From positions 64,001 to 112,782 of the IMG/VR virus record IMGVR_UViG_3300025649_000002: DNA of 48,782 nt; one strand, written 5' to 3'. Below are positions 26,514 to 36,366 of the stretch, piece by piece (the stretch's first letter is position 1; every line of letters starts with the position of its first letter). Origin of the DNA: a virus. Lineage: Duplodnaviria; Heunggongvirae; Uroviricota; Caudoviricetes. The notes below the pieces were generated by a model. The model made no database searches. It had not been told where the DNA came from and saw nothing but the letters and a program-made list of their open reading frames with translations. Made by a program: the position numbers and the translations under genes.

Positions 26514-29228
26514 TTAGATCTTTTTATTAGTCATTATTTTTTCCAAAAATCCCTCTTCATCGGGAGATTCGTGCATAAGACCATCTATAATATATTCCTT
26601 TGGTCTATGAAATGCCAACGCCAACAACCATGAATCCAACTGTGGTACTGTGAGAATGGATGTCATTGAAGGTGTAGTTGTGTTTCGATCTTTATGTAAT
26701 CTCCATCTCATTGAACCAACTCTCATCATCTGACTTACAATACATTCAAAATGAACTATCAATATTTTCCTATGAGTTACATAGATATTGAATAATTTAT
26801 TCAGAATCTCAAGCGAAGTTAAATTTAAATTACAATGCAGGATAGATCTAACCATAGTTAAATCTGAAATTATATCTTCCTGTTCTCCTCCACCTTTACC
26901 AATTTGGGCAACACCAGATGTATGAAAAGTTCTCATAACCAACTGAGTACTTACTTCTCCTAATGCCTGTGCCGCTAATACTCCTACGTATTTTGTATGT
27001 ATATAATCCAATGTTGTTCCGTAACATCTTCTACATATTTTTGGAGATGTACACATTATAGGGGATCTTAATTTAATCGTTTTATTCAAAACATCTTTAT
27101 AATTTTCCCAAGTAATTTCTTCAAGATTTTTATTTACAAGATGCCAACGACCAACCAAACAACGTGCTTTTTTCATAGTATCAACTGTTAAATCAATTGT
27201 ATCTTTCGTACCACAATCCTCAAGTTCAAGATTCGCCTCTAAATTTGCAGTACCAAATACTGTCTTTCGGGTCAAGTAACCACTAACTCCTGTATTCATT
27301 GCAACATCCAATAGACCCTTTCGAGTTCCATATGATGATGTAAAGAACTCATCAGGAGATAGACCATCAACAAAATTACTTTTAACTGGTTCTGGCATAA
27401 TACGACCTGCCGCATTCGAAACATATCCTCTTGACAATACAATCTGACATGCTTGATCCCATGAACCACGAGAACCAGATTCAATAAATGATGAAGATCC
27501 AAATTCCGCTTTTACCTGATCCATTACTTCTTTACTTTTCAATTTAATGATTCTATCTGATATTGATAAAGAGTCATCTTCATATATTTCTGCTGCTAAT
27601 TTTGCAGAATTTTTCAGAGTCATTCCATCCAATGAAAGTGTTGAACCATTTAAGGTTGTTGTTTCAAATCCCAATCTTTTAATTTTATCTAACACTGATT
27701 TTACCTCATCCAACGGATAAGTTCGAGCAACATCATTTAAAATCAACTGCAAGAATGTTTTGGTCATTGTTTCATTCCAGAATTTATAACCATCTGGTAA
27801 ACACTTATTAAATTTAATTCTTCCTTTATAAGTGTTAACCTTTTCACCATCAGGATATACAAACACATCTTTTTCATCTTCCTCAGGTTCTGTCAATAAA
27901 TACAGTCCCAATACAATATCTTGATTGATTCCGATAATCAAATCACCTGTAGATGGAGATAATAGATTTTGCATCAATGATAATTTTTCTCTACATTCTG
28001 CTTCGGTTTCTGCATACAATGCTCTGTATACCGCCATCTGATCTCCATCAAAATCTGCATTGAATGGTTCACATGCCATGGGATGAACTTGAATCACCAT
28101 TTCTTTATTTGCAACAACTTTGAATGATAACATTCCCATTCTATGCAAAGTCGGTTGACGATTTAAAATAACATGTTGACCATTGCATATCTTACAAACC
28201 AAATCAAACAATTCAAAATCATAGGTTTTCATAAGGTTATCTATATGAGTAATTGCCTCATCATATTCCTTAAATAACCTTTTATCAATCAATGCGTTAG
28301 CGATTTCCAATTTATACAATTCCAATAACATCCAATAAGGAATACCACATTCATCAAGGTTCAATGTAGGACAAGGTGCAATAACGGCTCTTCCCGAAAA
28401 GTCACTCCTTTTTCCTAATATGGCACTCCTAATTAATCCCTGTTTCTTTCCGAATTTTGACAGAACGTAATTGTATAATTCAAATATAAACTTCTGTAAA
28501 TTTCTTGCATGGATCAATTTCAAATTCTCATCTTTATTACTATTGAATAATTCTTCATTCTTTGTCAGAGTGAAATTCAATATCTTCAAATAGAAATCAT
28601 TCAATTTATCTCTCTTCTGCACATCTCTTGTTTTAGATGTCGGACGAAATGCAGGAGGAAGTACAATAACATTTGACATATAGAAACTATCAAGTTTTTC
28701 CTCAATAAATTTCCACATAGGATTAATTTCTTTATCCCTTTCAATCATGAGTTCAACAATTTCTCGAACACTTGCTAACCCATTTTTATATTCTTTGACT
28801 CCCGAAGGTGCCACTTCTTCTTCTATCAATTTACGAAATCTCTTTGTTTTCTCATCATACACATATGAGATTGGCATATCGATAAGTAATAAATCATCAA
28901 TAATTTTCTTTAATGTAACTTTACCTGCTCTACATAATAGATAATACATTATAGGATTCAAAATCGGAAATGGTAATTGTATTCTGCCAAATAGTTTTCT
29001 TCGAGCACTTGAATGATTTATTTCAACACCACATGTAGGACACCTCTGACCAATTTTTGATCGACCATAATAATCTCTACATGCACATGAATAATTCTTT
29101 ATAGGCCCAAATATTTTTTGACTGAATAAACCATCCTCATGGAAACCCTTCTTTGCATAAATCTTATTACTTGTAATAGGAGGTAAATCTTTACAAAGTT
29201 CATCTATATCCAAGAATTGGATTTTCAT
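26514..29228 (-). CDS. rpoC: DNA-directed RNA polymerase beta' subunit (phage-encoded, unsplit, compact)
   Basis: N-terminal zinc finger (CAC...CPTC), GKRSDFSGRAVI, LNRQPTLH, catalytic NADFDGD, bridge-helix GYLTRK, trigger loop TQLVMRTFH. Confidence 0.96.
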   Translation of the reverse strand: MKIQFLDIDELCKDLPPITSNKIYAKKGFHEDGLFSQKIFGPIKNYSCACRDYYGRSKIGQRCPTCGVEINHSSARRKLFGRIQLPFPILNPIMYYLLCRAGKVTLKKIIDDLLLIDMPISYVYDEKTKRFRKLIEEEVAPSGVKEYKNGLASVREIVELMIERDKEINPMWKFIEEKLDSFYMSNVIVLPPAFRPTSKTRDVQKRDKLNDFYLKILNFTLTKNEELFNSNKDENLKLIHARNLQKFIFELYNYVLSKFGKKQGLIRSAILGKRSDFSGRAVIAPCPTLNLDECGIPYWMLLELYKLEIANALIDKRLFKEYDEAITHIDNLMKTYDFELFDLVCKICNGQHVILNRQPTLHRMGMLSFKVVANKEMVIQVHPMACEPFNADFDGDQMAVYRALYAETEAECREKLSLMQNLLSPSTGDLIIGINQDIVLGLYLLTEPEEDEKDVFVYPDGEKVNTYKGRIKFNKCLPDGYKFWNETMTKTFLQLILNDVARTYPLDEVKSVLDKIKRLGFETTTLNGSTLSLDGMTLKNSAKLAAEIYEDDSLSISDRIIKLKSKEVMDQVKAEFGSSSFIESGSRGSWDQACQIVLSRGYVSNAAGRIMPEPVKSNFVDGLSPDEFFTSSYGTRKGLLDVAMNTGVSGYLTRKTVFGTANLEANLELEDCGTKDTIDLTVDTMKKARCLVGRWHLVNKNLEEITWENYKDVLNKTIKLRSPIMCTSPKICRRCYGTTLDYIHTKYVGVLAAQALGEVSTQLVMRTFHTSGVAQIGKGGGEQEDIISDLTMVRSILHCNLNLTSLEILNKLFNIYVTHRKILIVHFECIVSQMMRVGSMRWRLHKDRNTTTPSMTSILTVPQLDSWLLALAFHRPKEYIIDGLMHESPDEEGFLEKIMTNKKI

Positions 29229-29914
29229 TCAGTTCCTCCTTTAGCGTCCAGCATTTGTTTTAATTTTTCAAATAAATTCTCATACTTCTTCACCTCTCTA
29301 TCCTGTATTGAATTTATTTCAATCATATTCTTTAATTGTTTCTGAATTTCCGAATCGACATGTGATCTTAGATTCGTCAATAAAGTAGGTACAACATTCA
29401 ATTTGAATTCAGATCTCACTACAGTTTTGACTGTCGCTGTAATAATTTCTTCATATTGATCTGCAGTAACCTCTTTCAATTTTTCAACAACAACTCTTGT
29501 TGCAACACGGTCAATACCTTCAATCATTGCCTGAGCATCGATAGGTTCAGGTTTTATTAATGCAATTTTCTTATCAACATAACCTTCCAATGTTGTCATC
29601 AAATCTTCCAATTTTATTACATTCTTTGGATTAAATAATGAATCCTGATTGAATAAATCTTGTAGATCTATTGATTCAGGATTATCTGCTTTCATAATAT
29701 CCTTTACAGAATTTAATCTTACCCAAAATTTTGTTTTTGGAAGATATTTTATATATTTTTCATCCTTCAATATTTTCATTGCATACTTTAAATCCTTATC
29801 CTTTGCAGCAAAAGATCCTTTTTGTAATAACATCTTCATTGATTGTTTGTTATACATTTGACCAACAACAAGAATCTTTTTTAATCGTTCTACAACCAAA
29901 TTATTTGACGACAT
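29225..29914 (-). CDS. Hypothetical protein, basic N-terminal (winged-helix-like) domain plus coiled coil
   Basis: Coupled to rpoC by an ATGA overlap; the fold is an inference. Confidence 0.5.
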   Translation of the reverse strand: MSSNNLVVERLKKILVVGQMYNKQSMKMLLQKGSFAAKDKDLKYAMKILKDEKYIKYLPKTKFWVRLNSVKDIMKADNPESIDLQDLFNQDSLFNPKNVIKLEDLMTTLEGYVDKKIALIKPEPIDAQAMIEGIDRVATRVVVEKLKEVTADQYEEIITATVKTVVRSEFKLNVVPTLLTNLRSHVDSEIQKQLKNMIEINSIQDREVKKYENLFEKLKQMLDAKGGTE

Positions 29915-30701
29915 ATATTCTTCCTCCTCCTTTATTATTATTTGTAATCAATCCTAATTTATGAATTGGAGTTATTTTTTCCTTCTTAAATTTCGACAAT
30001 TCATCAATTTTTTCCGTCAATTCAAGTCCATTTATTTTATGAGAATCTGATCCATAATCATAAAATTCGTAATAATAACTCCCCAAATTAATCCAACTCA
30101 TAGATTCCCTAATTCCCATAATATTTTCATATGTATATTTCAAAGGAAGATCTGATATACAAAATAATCCATTTTTTGAATTAGGATGTATTCCTTTCGT
30201 ATGAATTTCATGGATTTTTGGTTGTCTATGTATTTTGAAATCTGTTATTCCGTGTATTCCATAATTTATTAAAAGATTTTGTATTTCAGAATCAATTTCA
30301 GTAATCAATCCTTGTTTATCAGATATATAAACTATTGGAATAGGGTTCGGATAATATAGAAATTCGTCTTGTACTATAAAACCTGAATCTGTCAATCGTT
30401 CATCAAGAGTTTTATTAATTCCATATTCCTTAACAATTTTAGAATACTCACATAAATCATCGTTCACATTCTTTACAATTTCTTCAATCATCAACAATCG
30501 TTTATTCATCATAGATCCTGAAACTTTATTCAAAGAATTACGTATACTTTGTCTAATATCAGTAATATTAGTTTTAATTTCTTTAGAATCTATATAAAAT
30601 TTACCACCAACTTTATTCATTGTGAACTCATATTTTTTCTGAGTATTTGGTAGTTGTAACCAATCTAATGTTTTTGTGGCAACATCTGTAATAGTTGTCA
30701 T
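29901..30701 (-). CDS. Putative prokaryotic E2 (UBC)-like domain protein
   Basis: IHPNSKNGLFCI resembles the HPN...G..C[IL] E2 signature; lies near a ThiF/E1 gene. Confidence 0.4.
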   Translation of the reverse strand: MTTITDVATKTLDWLQLPNTQKKYEFTMNKVGGKFYIDSKEIKTNITDIRQSIRNSLNKVSGSMMNKRLLMIEEIVKNVNDDLCEYSKIVKEYGINKTLDERLTDSGFIVQDEFLYYPNPIPIVYISDKQGLITEIDSEIQNLLINYGIHGITDFKIHRQPKIHEIHTKGIHPNSKNGLFCISDLPLKYTYENIMGIRESMSWINLGSYYYEFYDYGSDSHKINGLELTEKIDELSKFKKEKITPIHKLGLITNNNKGGGRIYVVK

Positions 30702-31048
30702 GCCGTATTTGGTAGGTTTATAAAATTAATATTAATAGTATTACCAACAACTTTTTCTCGTTGTATTACAGTAGGAAATGGCATTTTTTTAATAAAATTC
30801 TCAATTTGTTGTTCCATTTCACTAGTAAAGTAAAGTCCCGGTTTATCAATAAAAACCGGTGATATCAATTTTTTAAATCTAGGTTCTGGACGAAGAACTA
30901 CTTGTTCAGGTTTATGTTCCATTAATAATTCACCAATCCTTGTTTTATACTTAAGATTTTCTCCCATACAATCTCCTTGATTAACATTCGATAATTTCAT
31001 AATCATTATACTTAAGATTTTCTCCCATACAATCTCCTTGATTAACAT
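30698..31048 (-). CDS. Hypothetical protein (true start probably MGENLK near 30968)
   Basis: AAGGAG RBS inside the duplicated 61-mer precedes MGENLKYKTR. Confidence 0.55.
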   Translation of the reverse strand: MLIKEIVWEKILSIMIMKLSNVNQGDCMGENLKYKTRIGELLMEHKPEQVVLRPEPRFKKLISPVFIDKPGLYFTSEMEQQIENFIKKMPFPTVIQREKVVGNTININFINLPNTA

Positions 31049-31071
31049 TCGATAATTTCATAATCATTATA
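30945..31071. repeat. Exact 61-bp tandem duplication
   Basis: cttaagattttctcccatacaatctccttgattaacattcgataatttcataatcattata begins at both 30950 and 31011. Confidence 0.95.
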
Positions 31072-31635
31072 TTGTAGATTTTCTATTGCCTCCTTATTCC
31101 ACAAATTTGTTAAATCGAGTATTCTTTTATCGTTTTTATTAGGCAAACTCAAAGTTATATATCTCCATACTGCTCGTGCAAACAATCTTCCTCGTCGATG
31201 AATCTTACGATATTGATAATACGGATAATCAATTTCATTGAAAACTTTTGGTCTTCGGGAATCAAATACCGCAATATCTCCATCATATGATACTGAAAAT
31301 GTTGATTGAATTTGAGATTTATTTTTCGAATCTGTACAATCAACCACGATACCTCCAGGAGCTATCGTACTTATAAAATTACCACTTACCAACTCTCCAT
31401 GTGTCTTTATACTTGTTGTATTAGACCTATCTAATAAATTACATATTATAGGCAACACATCTATTTTTAAAAATCCTTTTCCTACATATTTCTTTGGATA
31501 TGTATTTGAATCACTTGTTGATATTTCACCAGGATCCCATATATGAAGTTCATCAATTTCAGATTTTAAAAATAACAATTGTGTCAAATAATAACCTATA
31601 TTACCGCATCCAATAATATGTACGGTTTTTTTCAT
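31042..31635 (-). CDS. ThiF/E1-like adenylation-fold protein (short)
   Basis: VHIIGCGNIG Rossmann motif, IWDPG.I...DSN, KID.L, VVDCTDS. Confidence 0.75.
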   Translation of the reverse strand: MKKTVHIIGCGNIGYYLTQLLFLKSEIDELHIWDPGEISTSDSNTYPKKYVGKGFLKIDVLPIICNLLDRSNTTSIKTHGELVSGNFISTIAPGGIVVDCTDSKNKSQIQSTFSVSYDGDIAVFDSRRPKVFNEIDYPYYQYRKIHRRGRLFARAVWRYITLSLPNKNDKRILDLTNLWNKEAIENLQYNDYEIIEC

Positions 31636-31991
31636 ATATTATCCTTGATAGATGAAATTCGAATAACTATTCCAGTAGATTTTTGATTTTCTTCATACTC
31701 TATTCCGATAGTCTTCAATACTTCACAATTACGTGCATTCAAAAATTCTTCAATCTCTTTACAATCATCCACACCGAGTTCATTCATTTCAATAATTCCA
31801 TAATCCTCAATTTTTTCATTTTTAAGATCATAGAATTTATATGTATCTGTATGAAGGATTCGAAACATTCGAACAGGAAACCCAACTCCTTTTAAAATTA
31901 CTGCTACACGCTGGAGTTTTCTTCCTTGACTTCTTACAAAATTATCAACTTTCGTATCAAACGATTGTACTGGTACTGGTCTTTTTTTCAT
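31632..31991 (-). CDS. Hypothetical protein
   Basis: AAGGAG RBS; ATGA overlap with ThiF. Confidence 0.6.
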   Translation of the reverse strand: MKKRPVPVQSFDTKVDNFVRSQGRKLQRVAVILKGVGFPVRMFRILHTDTYKFYDLKNEKIEDYGIIEMNELGVDDCKEIEEFLNARNCEVLKTIGIEYEENQKSTGIVIRISSIKDNI

Positions 31992-32009
31992 TTAATATTT
32001 CTCCTTTCA

Positions 32010-32288
32010 TTAAAATAACTGAATTGCAAATGTACCCATTTCAATATTCTGAACCCGAAGAACCGTTTTAGGTGGAATATCATTCAATACATCTTTATCT
32101 GAATCCGATAATTTACATTCCATTAATCTTTCACGAGTTACAGTCATTTCAGTTTTTTCCTCATAGAAAAATTCTTCTGAACGATCTTTACCTACAAGTT
32201 TAACAACATCCTCTAAAATTAAATTGATTGGTCTAAACATTGACATCTTTTTCTCCTTACATGTAAATCTGAAAGTTACCGGACACAA
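32010..32288 (-). CDS. Hypothetical protein (true start probably MSMFRP)
   Basis: AAGGAG lies before the internal Met. Confidence 0.5.
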   Translation of the reverse strand: MCPVTFRFTCKEKKMSMFRPINLILEDVVKLVGKDRSEEFFYEEKTEMTVTRERLMECKLSDSDKDVLNDIPPKTVLRVQNIEMGTFAIQLF

Positions 32289-32748
32289 AATCTGGAACCC
32301 CTATTGAAATATAAGGATCTGAAGGTTTTCGTGTCGCATTTATGTACGTTATAGTTTCTGGATCACTATCAATATAAACAACTTTTGATATTAAAGCAGG
32401 TCTTATTTTTTGAAATTCTGCGAAATCTGTATCACATAGATTCTGTAATTTTCGAAGTTTCCATTCAAAGACTTGCTCCTTTTTGTGCATTGTAAATGGA
32501 GTGGGAGACATCAACACCTTTTCAGGATACATCCCATTCTTCCAACAACAAAATAACAATGGCCATTTATCAATCGTCGGCCGACCCGTTAGTATAGACC
32601 ATCTAATATCAAAATCGTGAGGATTGATAAATGGACCTCGCATCAATGCATATTTCCAGTTTTTGAAATAACCGTCCCATGCATCTTGACCCATCAAAGT
32701 TCCATCGAAATCAAACAGATATAATGTACCTCCTGTTTTGACTATCAT
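32257..32748 (-). CDS. HAD-superfamily phosphatase-like protein
   Basis: YLFDFDGTL motif I, ILTGRP motif II, YIDSD motif IV. Confidence 0.75.
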   Translation of the reverse strand: MIVKTGGTLYLFDFDGTLMGQDAWDGYFKNWKYALMRGPFINPHDFDIRWSILTGRPTIDKWPLLFCCWKNGMYPEKVLMSPTPFTMHKKEQVFEWKLRKLQNLCDTDFAEFQKIRPALISKVVYIDSDPETITYINATRKPSDPYISIGVPDFVSGNFQIYM

Positions 32749-32891
32749 AATCTATTCCCTTCATCATCGAGGACATATTGATTTCCATCATCATCCTCTT
32801 CAATCTTTATTGTAATTACACTTTTCGGTTTGTAGTTTTCACAATTACAACAATTTTGTTCTGTTGAATGACAACAACTGGGTTCATTCAT
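32745..32891 (-). CDS. Small Cys-rich/acidic protein (48 aa; not in ORF track)
   Basis: MNEPSCCHSTEQNCCNCENYK...GNRL*, with ATGA overlaps at both ends. Confidence 0.5.
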   Translation of the reverse strand: MNEPSCCHSTEQNCCNCENYKPKSVITIKIEEDDDGNQYVLDDEGNRL

Positions 32892-33427
32892 ATCTTTTTC
32901 TGTTTATTTTTAACAGAAACATTATCATCCTTAACTTCTCCATCCTTAACTTCTCCATCCTTAACTTCTCCATCCTTAACTTCTCCATCCTTAACTTCTT
33001 CTTTCTTCTCTTCCTTCTTTATTTCAATAACCATGGTGAATTTTTCCATGAGTGTTATTATAACTTTTTTTCTTCTTTTCAATAATACCCAACCTGGTTT
33101 AACTTCTTTTCTTATGGATTTAGTCGTCTTCCAATATGGGAGTAAAAGAAAACCCCATTTCCATAACCATACTGTTTTTTTATGTGTAACATCATACTCG
33201 TTGACAAAACGATCTTCAACTAGTGCAGAATCAACAGGACCAAAATCTTTATTATGAACCGCTGCTTCATGCTGTTCACCATCAATTATATATCCTTCTT
33301 CAGTCTCAGTTATTGAACCATCATATATTATCCGATTAGTAGCAATGAATGTATCAGGTTCAATTGTAAATTGTTTCTTATCCTCATCTATTTCAAGACA
33401 ATGGAATTTTTTATCAAACATACTCAT
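32888..33427 (-). CDS. Hypothetical protein with (EVKDG)n tail
   Basis: 179 aa; AGGAG RBS. Confidence 0.6.
   Translation of the reverse strand: MSMFDKKFHCLEIDEDKKQFTIEPDTFIATNRIIYDGSITETEEGYIIDGEQHEAAVHNKDFGPVDSALVEDRFVNEYDVTHKKTVWLWKWGFLLLPYWKTTKSIRKEVKPGWVLLKRRKKVIITLMEKFTMVIEIKKEEKKEEVKDGEVKDGEVKDGEVKDGEVKDDNVSVKNKQKKI
32926..32999. repeat. 15-bp tandem repeat, about 5 copies, in frame
   Basis: Unit catccttaacttctc. Confidence 0.9.
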
Positions 33428-33430
33428 CTC

Positions 33431-35821
33431 CTATAATCTATAAATGTTATCACATTCTACATCGACTTTTAATTCATGGGTGATTAAATTGATAGACATA
33501 CCCTCTGAAAGTTTCTTCAGAACTTGACAGAATATTGAAGAATTTTCTGTATCAAGACTATCTAATACTTCATCCATGAGTAATAAATTTAATCGCTTCC
33601 CATATAAATTCTCAGTGAGTGATCTAAGTGATAACAATGCACAAACATCAATTATCCTTTTCTCACCACCTGATAATAATTTATGTGAATCAGCTCCAGT
33701 TTCTGTATTGAGAATATTTACATTAAATTTATCTCGTACATCTCCTGCTTTTGTTTCAGACATAGTATCAAATGATACAATAAATTTTCCTGGTACAATT
33801 CGTTCCAATTCCTCTTTAATTCTTTTATTCAAGAATGGGATTGCGCTATCCAGAAGCATAGATTTAATTCCTCTATCAGAAAACGCTTCTTTCCAAAATT
33901 CTAACATCTTCAACGTTTTATTTAGAGTCGTTAAAATCTTTGTCTGTTTTGTACGTTCTTTTTTCTTTTCAGTCAATTGTTTCTTTTGTTCTACTATTTC
34001 TGAAGAATCGAAAACTTCTTCTTCACAATTTGTAATCTGATTATGTTTATTCTCTAATTCCATAGACACTCTTTTAATGTCATCTGAAATTTCATTAATG
34101 AGATTACGCAACTTAACTGTTTCGGTAATTTGTTTATCAATTTCCTGAAGTTTAACATTTAACTCCTTTTCTTGTTTAGTAGCATCCGCATTAATTTTCT
34201 CTACGGAAAGTCTATCCTTATTTATTTGTTCTAATGTTTCATCAGTAACATCTTGAGCAATGCGAGTTTTAATTTCTTGAATCTTTTCCAATGTCGACAC
34301 ACGTTCCAATCTCAGATTATTTTGTAATTTATTCTTCTCTGTTTCTAATTCTGATGATTGTACTTCAACTTCATCATCACGTTTCTTTATTTTATCATTG
34401 AATGAATCTAACATACCTTCTTCGCCTTCACAGACGGTATCATATTCCTTTTTTGCTTCAGCGAATTTTGTTTTAAAATTATTAAATTCATTCATCAATG
34501 TTGTCTTTTCATTTTGAAGTACTTTCAATTCCTCTTCCAATATACCCTTAACCTGTTGACGTTTTTCTGCATCCATCTCTTGGTCACATGTCGGACATTT
34601 CGCATTTGGAACAATAAGCATTTTAAAATCACTCTCTTTTTTATCAAATGCTTCAACTGAACTATTAAATTTTGTTTGTGTTGATTGTGCTTCTGATTTT
34701 ATATCTGTTGCAATTTTAAGTTTTGAGGCCTTATCAGTATTTAATTGACCAACTGCAGCACCCTTTTCCTGTAATAATTTATATCCCACTTCATCTTTAG
34801 CAATGACATTTAATTCTGTCATGATAACTTCTACTGCCGTATCACAAGTTTCTTTCAATTTTGAATATTTATCTTCATGAACAGTTTTCTCAGAATTTAT
34901 AGTATTCTCCGCTTTCAAATTTACGGTTTCCATATACTTTAATTTTTCCTGTTCAACCTTTTCTATTTCATCATCAGCATTAGTTTTCACAGATGCAATT
35001 TTATCTGTAACATCTCCTTTATCTGCCAATAATTGTCCATATACATCTTCATCTATTTGAACCTTAGATCTCGCATTTCGAAATCCATCATCGTCCATTT
35101 CCAATTGTTTTATTTCATCTTTCAATAATACAATTTTTTCTTTATGATCTTTATGAAAAGTCTTTTTCTGTTCTTCCAGAGTTTTAATCATCGTTTCCTT
35201 TTCAGGAATTACATTATCAATGACAATGATGCATTGTTTAACTGTTGCAATTTCTGTTTCAGTTAAAGAAATTTTATCTGTAGAATTTCCATAATATAAT
35301 TTCCATTCTGCCAAATCCATGATTGCATCAAAGATTCGTTTTTGATCTGCATCTCCCAATGCTGTAAAGAAATCTTTTACTTGTTGAGAGAAATATACTG
35401 TATTCTTAAATACGTTTTTCGGTAATATAAGTGACTCAATAATCTTATGAGTATCAGTTGTTGTTGTCCCACTTATATCATTATCTTCACCTTCAATCAA
35501 TACGGTCTTATTGCTGAACTTCTTATGAGAATGATATTTTCGAATTTCATATTTGGTCTTCTTACCATCAACCAATTTATGAAGTCTGATAATTATCTCC
35601 ATATTCTTTCCAACTTTTTTATTGACCATATCTCCCACTGTGACAGACTTCTCACCGGGATCACCAAATAGTCCTGTATTCAATGCTTGAAATATTGTTG
35701 ATTTCCCAGCACCATTTTTTCCAACAATCGCTGTTAATGCATTCAACTTAAAATCAATTTCAAGTTCATCATGACATCTAACATTTTTCATTAGAATCTT
35801 ATCGAAAATAATTTCTTCCAT
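33431..35821 (-). CDS. sbcC: SbcC/Rad50/gp46-like recombination ATPase
   Basis: Walker A GKNGAGKST, coiled coil with CPTC zinc hook, LSGGE signature, LLMDE Walker B, ITH H-loop. Confidence 0.93.
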   Translation of the reverse strand: MEEIIFDKILMKNVRCHDELEIDFKLNALTAIVGKNGAGKSTIFQALNTGLFGDPGEKSVTVGDMVNKKVGKNMEIIIRLHKLVDGKKTKYEIRKYHSHKKFSNKTVLIEGEDNDISGTTTTDTHKIIESLILPKNVFKNTVYFSQQVKDFFTALGDADQKRIFDAIMDLAEWKLYYGNSTDKISLTETEIATVKQCIIVIDNVIPEKETMIKTLEEQKKTFHKDHKEKIVLLKDEIKQLEMDDDGFRNARSKVQIDEDVYGQLLADKGDVTDKIASVKTNADDEIEKVEQEKLKYMETVNLKAENTINSEKTVHEDKYSKLKETCDTAVEVIMTELNVIAKDEVGYKLLQEKGAAVGQLNTDKASKLKIATDIKSEAQSTQTKFNSSVEAFDKKESDFKMLIVPNAKCPTCDQEMDAEKRQQVKGILEEELKVLQNEKTTLMNEFNNFKTKFAEAKKEYDTVCEGEEGMLDSFNDKIKKRDDEVEVQSSELETEKNKLQNNLRLERVSTLEKIQEIKTRIAQDVTDETLEQINKDRLSVEKINADATKQEKELNVKLQEIDKQITETVKLRNLINEISDDIKRVSMELENKHNQITNCEEEVFDSSEIVEQKKQLTEKKKERTKQTKILTTLNKTLKMLEFWKEAFSDRGIKSMLLDSAIPFLNKRIKEELERIVPGKFIVSFDTMSETKAGDVRDKFNVNILNTETGADSHKLLSGGEKRIIDVCALLSLRSLTENLYGKRLNLLLMDEVLDSLDTENSSIFCQVLKKLSEGMSINLITHELKVDVECDNIYRL

Positions 35822-35830
35822 AGAATCTCC

Positions 35831-36103
35831 CTAGTTAAATAATATATTTTCTCTTTTTCCTTGAGTTATTGTTGAGTATACCATCATATTAAACATTTTA
35901 TCATCAGGAGGTAATTGAAATATTGAGCACGATTGCGAATAATTTTCCGAGTATATTGCAACGAACCCTCCTATATTTTTTATTATACTTACATGAATAT
36001 AATACTGTGTTCCGTTAAATTCCCGAGTCATGACATGTTCACTGCCATATTCATCTTCGAAGGAAACAGTATCTTTTAAACCTATGTATTTAGCAGAACC
36101 CAT
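35831..36103 (-). CDS. Hypothetical protein
   Basis: GAGG-type RBS; 90 aa. Confidence 0.5.
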   Translation of the reverse strand: MGSAKYIGLKDTVSFEDEYGSEHVMTREFNGTQYYIHVSIIKNIGGFVAIYSENYSQSCSIFQLPPDDKMFNMMVYSTITQGKRENILFN

Positions 36104-36366
36104 AGAATTCTTTCCTCCTCTGGATAAATTGTCACACTTGTTGTTCCTCCTAAATAATGAGGAATCTCTCCTCTACCTGGAATCATAATCAAACCCATTG
36201 AATGATGAAAACGTTTATCCTCATATGCCAATTTAAGAATTCCTTTACCCTTATGGAATCCTTCAATCTTTATCAATTTATTTTTAAATTCATTCCACCG
36301 TTTCGGAGGTGCATAGCGCCAATCCCATTCATCAGAATTTTTTATAACTATCTTTTCAGTTTCCAT
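36082..36366 (-). CDS. Small protein with EEERILWVL tail
   Basis: 94 aa. Confidence 0.55.
   Translation of the reverse strand: METEKIVIKNSDEWDWRYAPPKRWNEFKNKLIKIEGFHKGKGILKLAYEDKRFHHSMGLIMIPGRGEIPHYLGGTTSVTIYPEEERILWVLLNT

Noticed and set aside
30945-31071. CRISPR array
   Set aside because: Two directly adjacent copies with no spacers, and no cas genes.
31632-32288. Ubiquitin-like modifier next to the ThiF gene
   Set aside because: Neither small ORF ends in Gly-Gly or shows an evident beta-grasp pattern.
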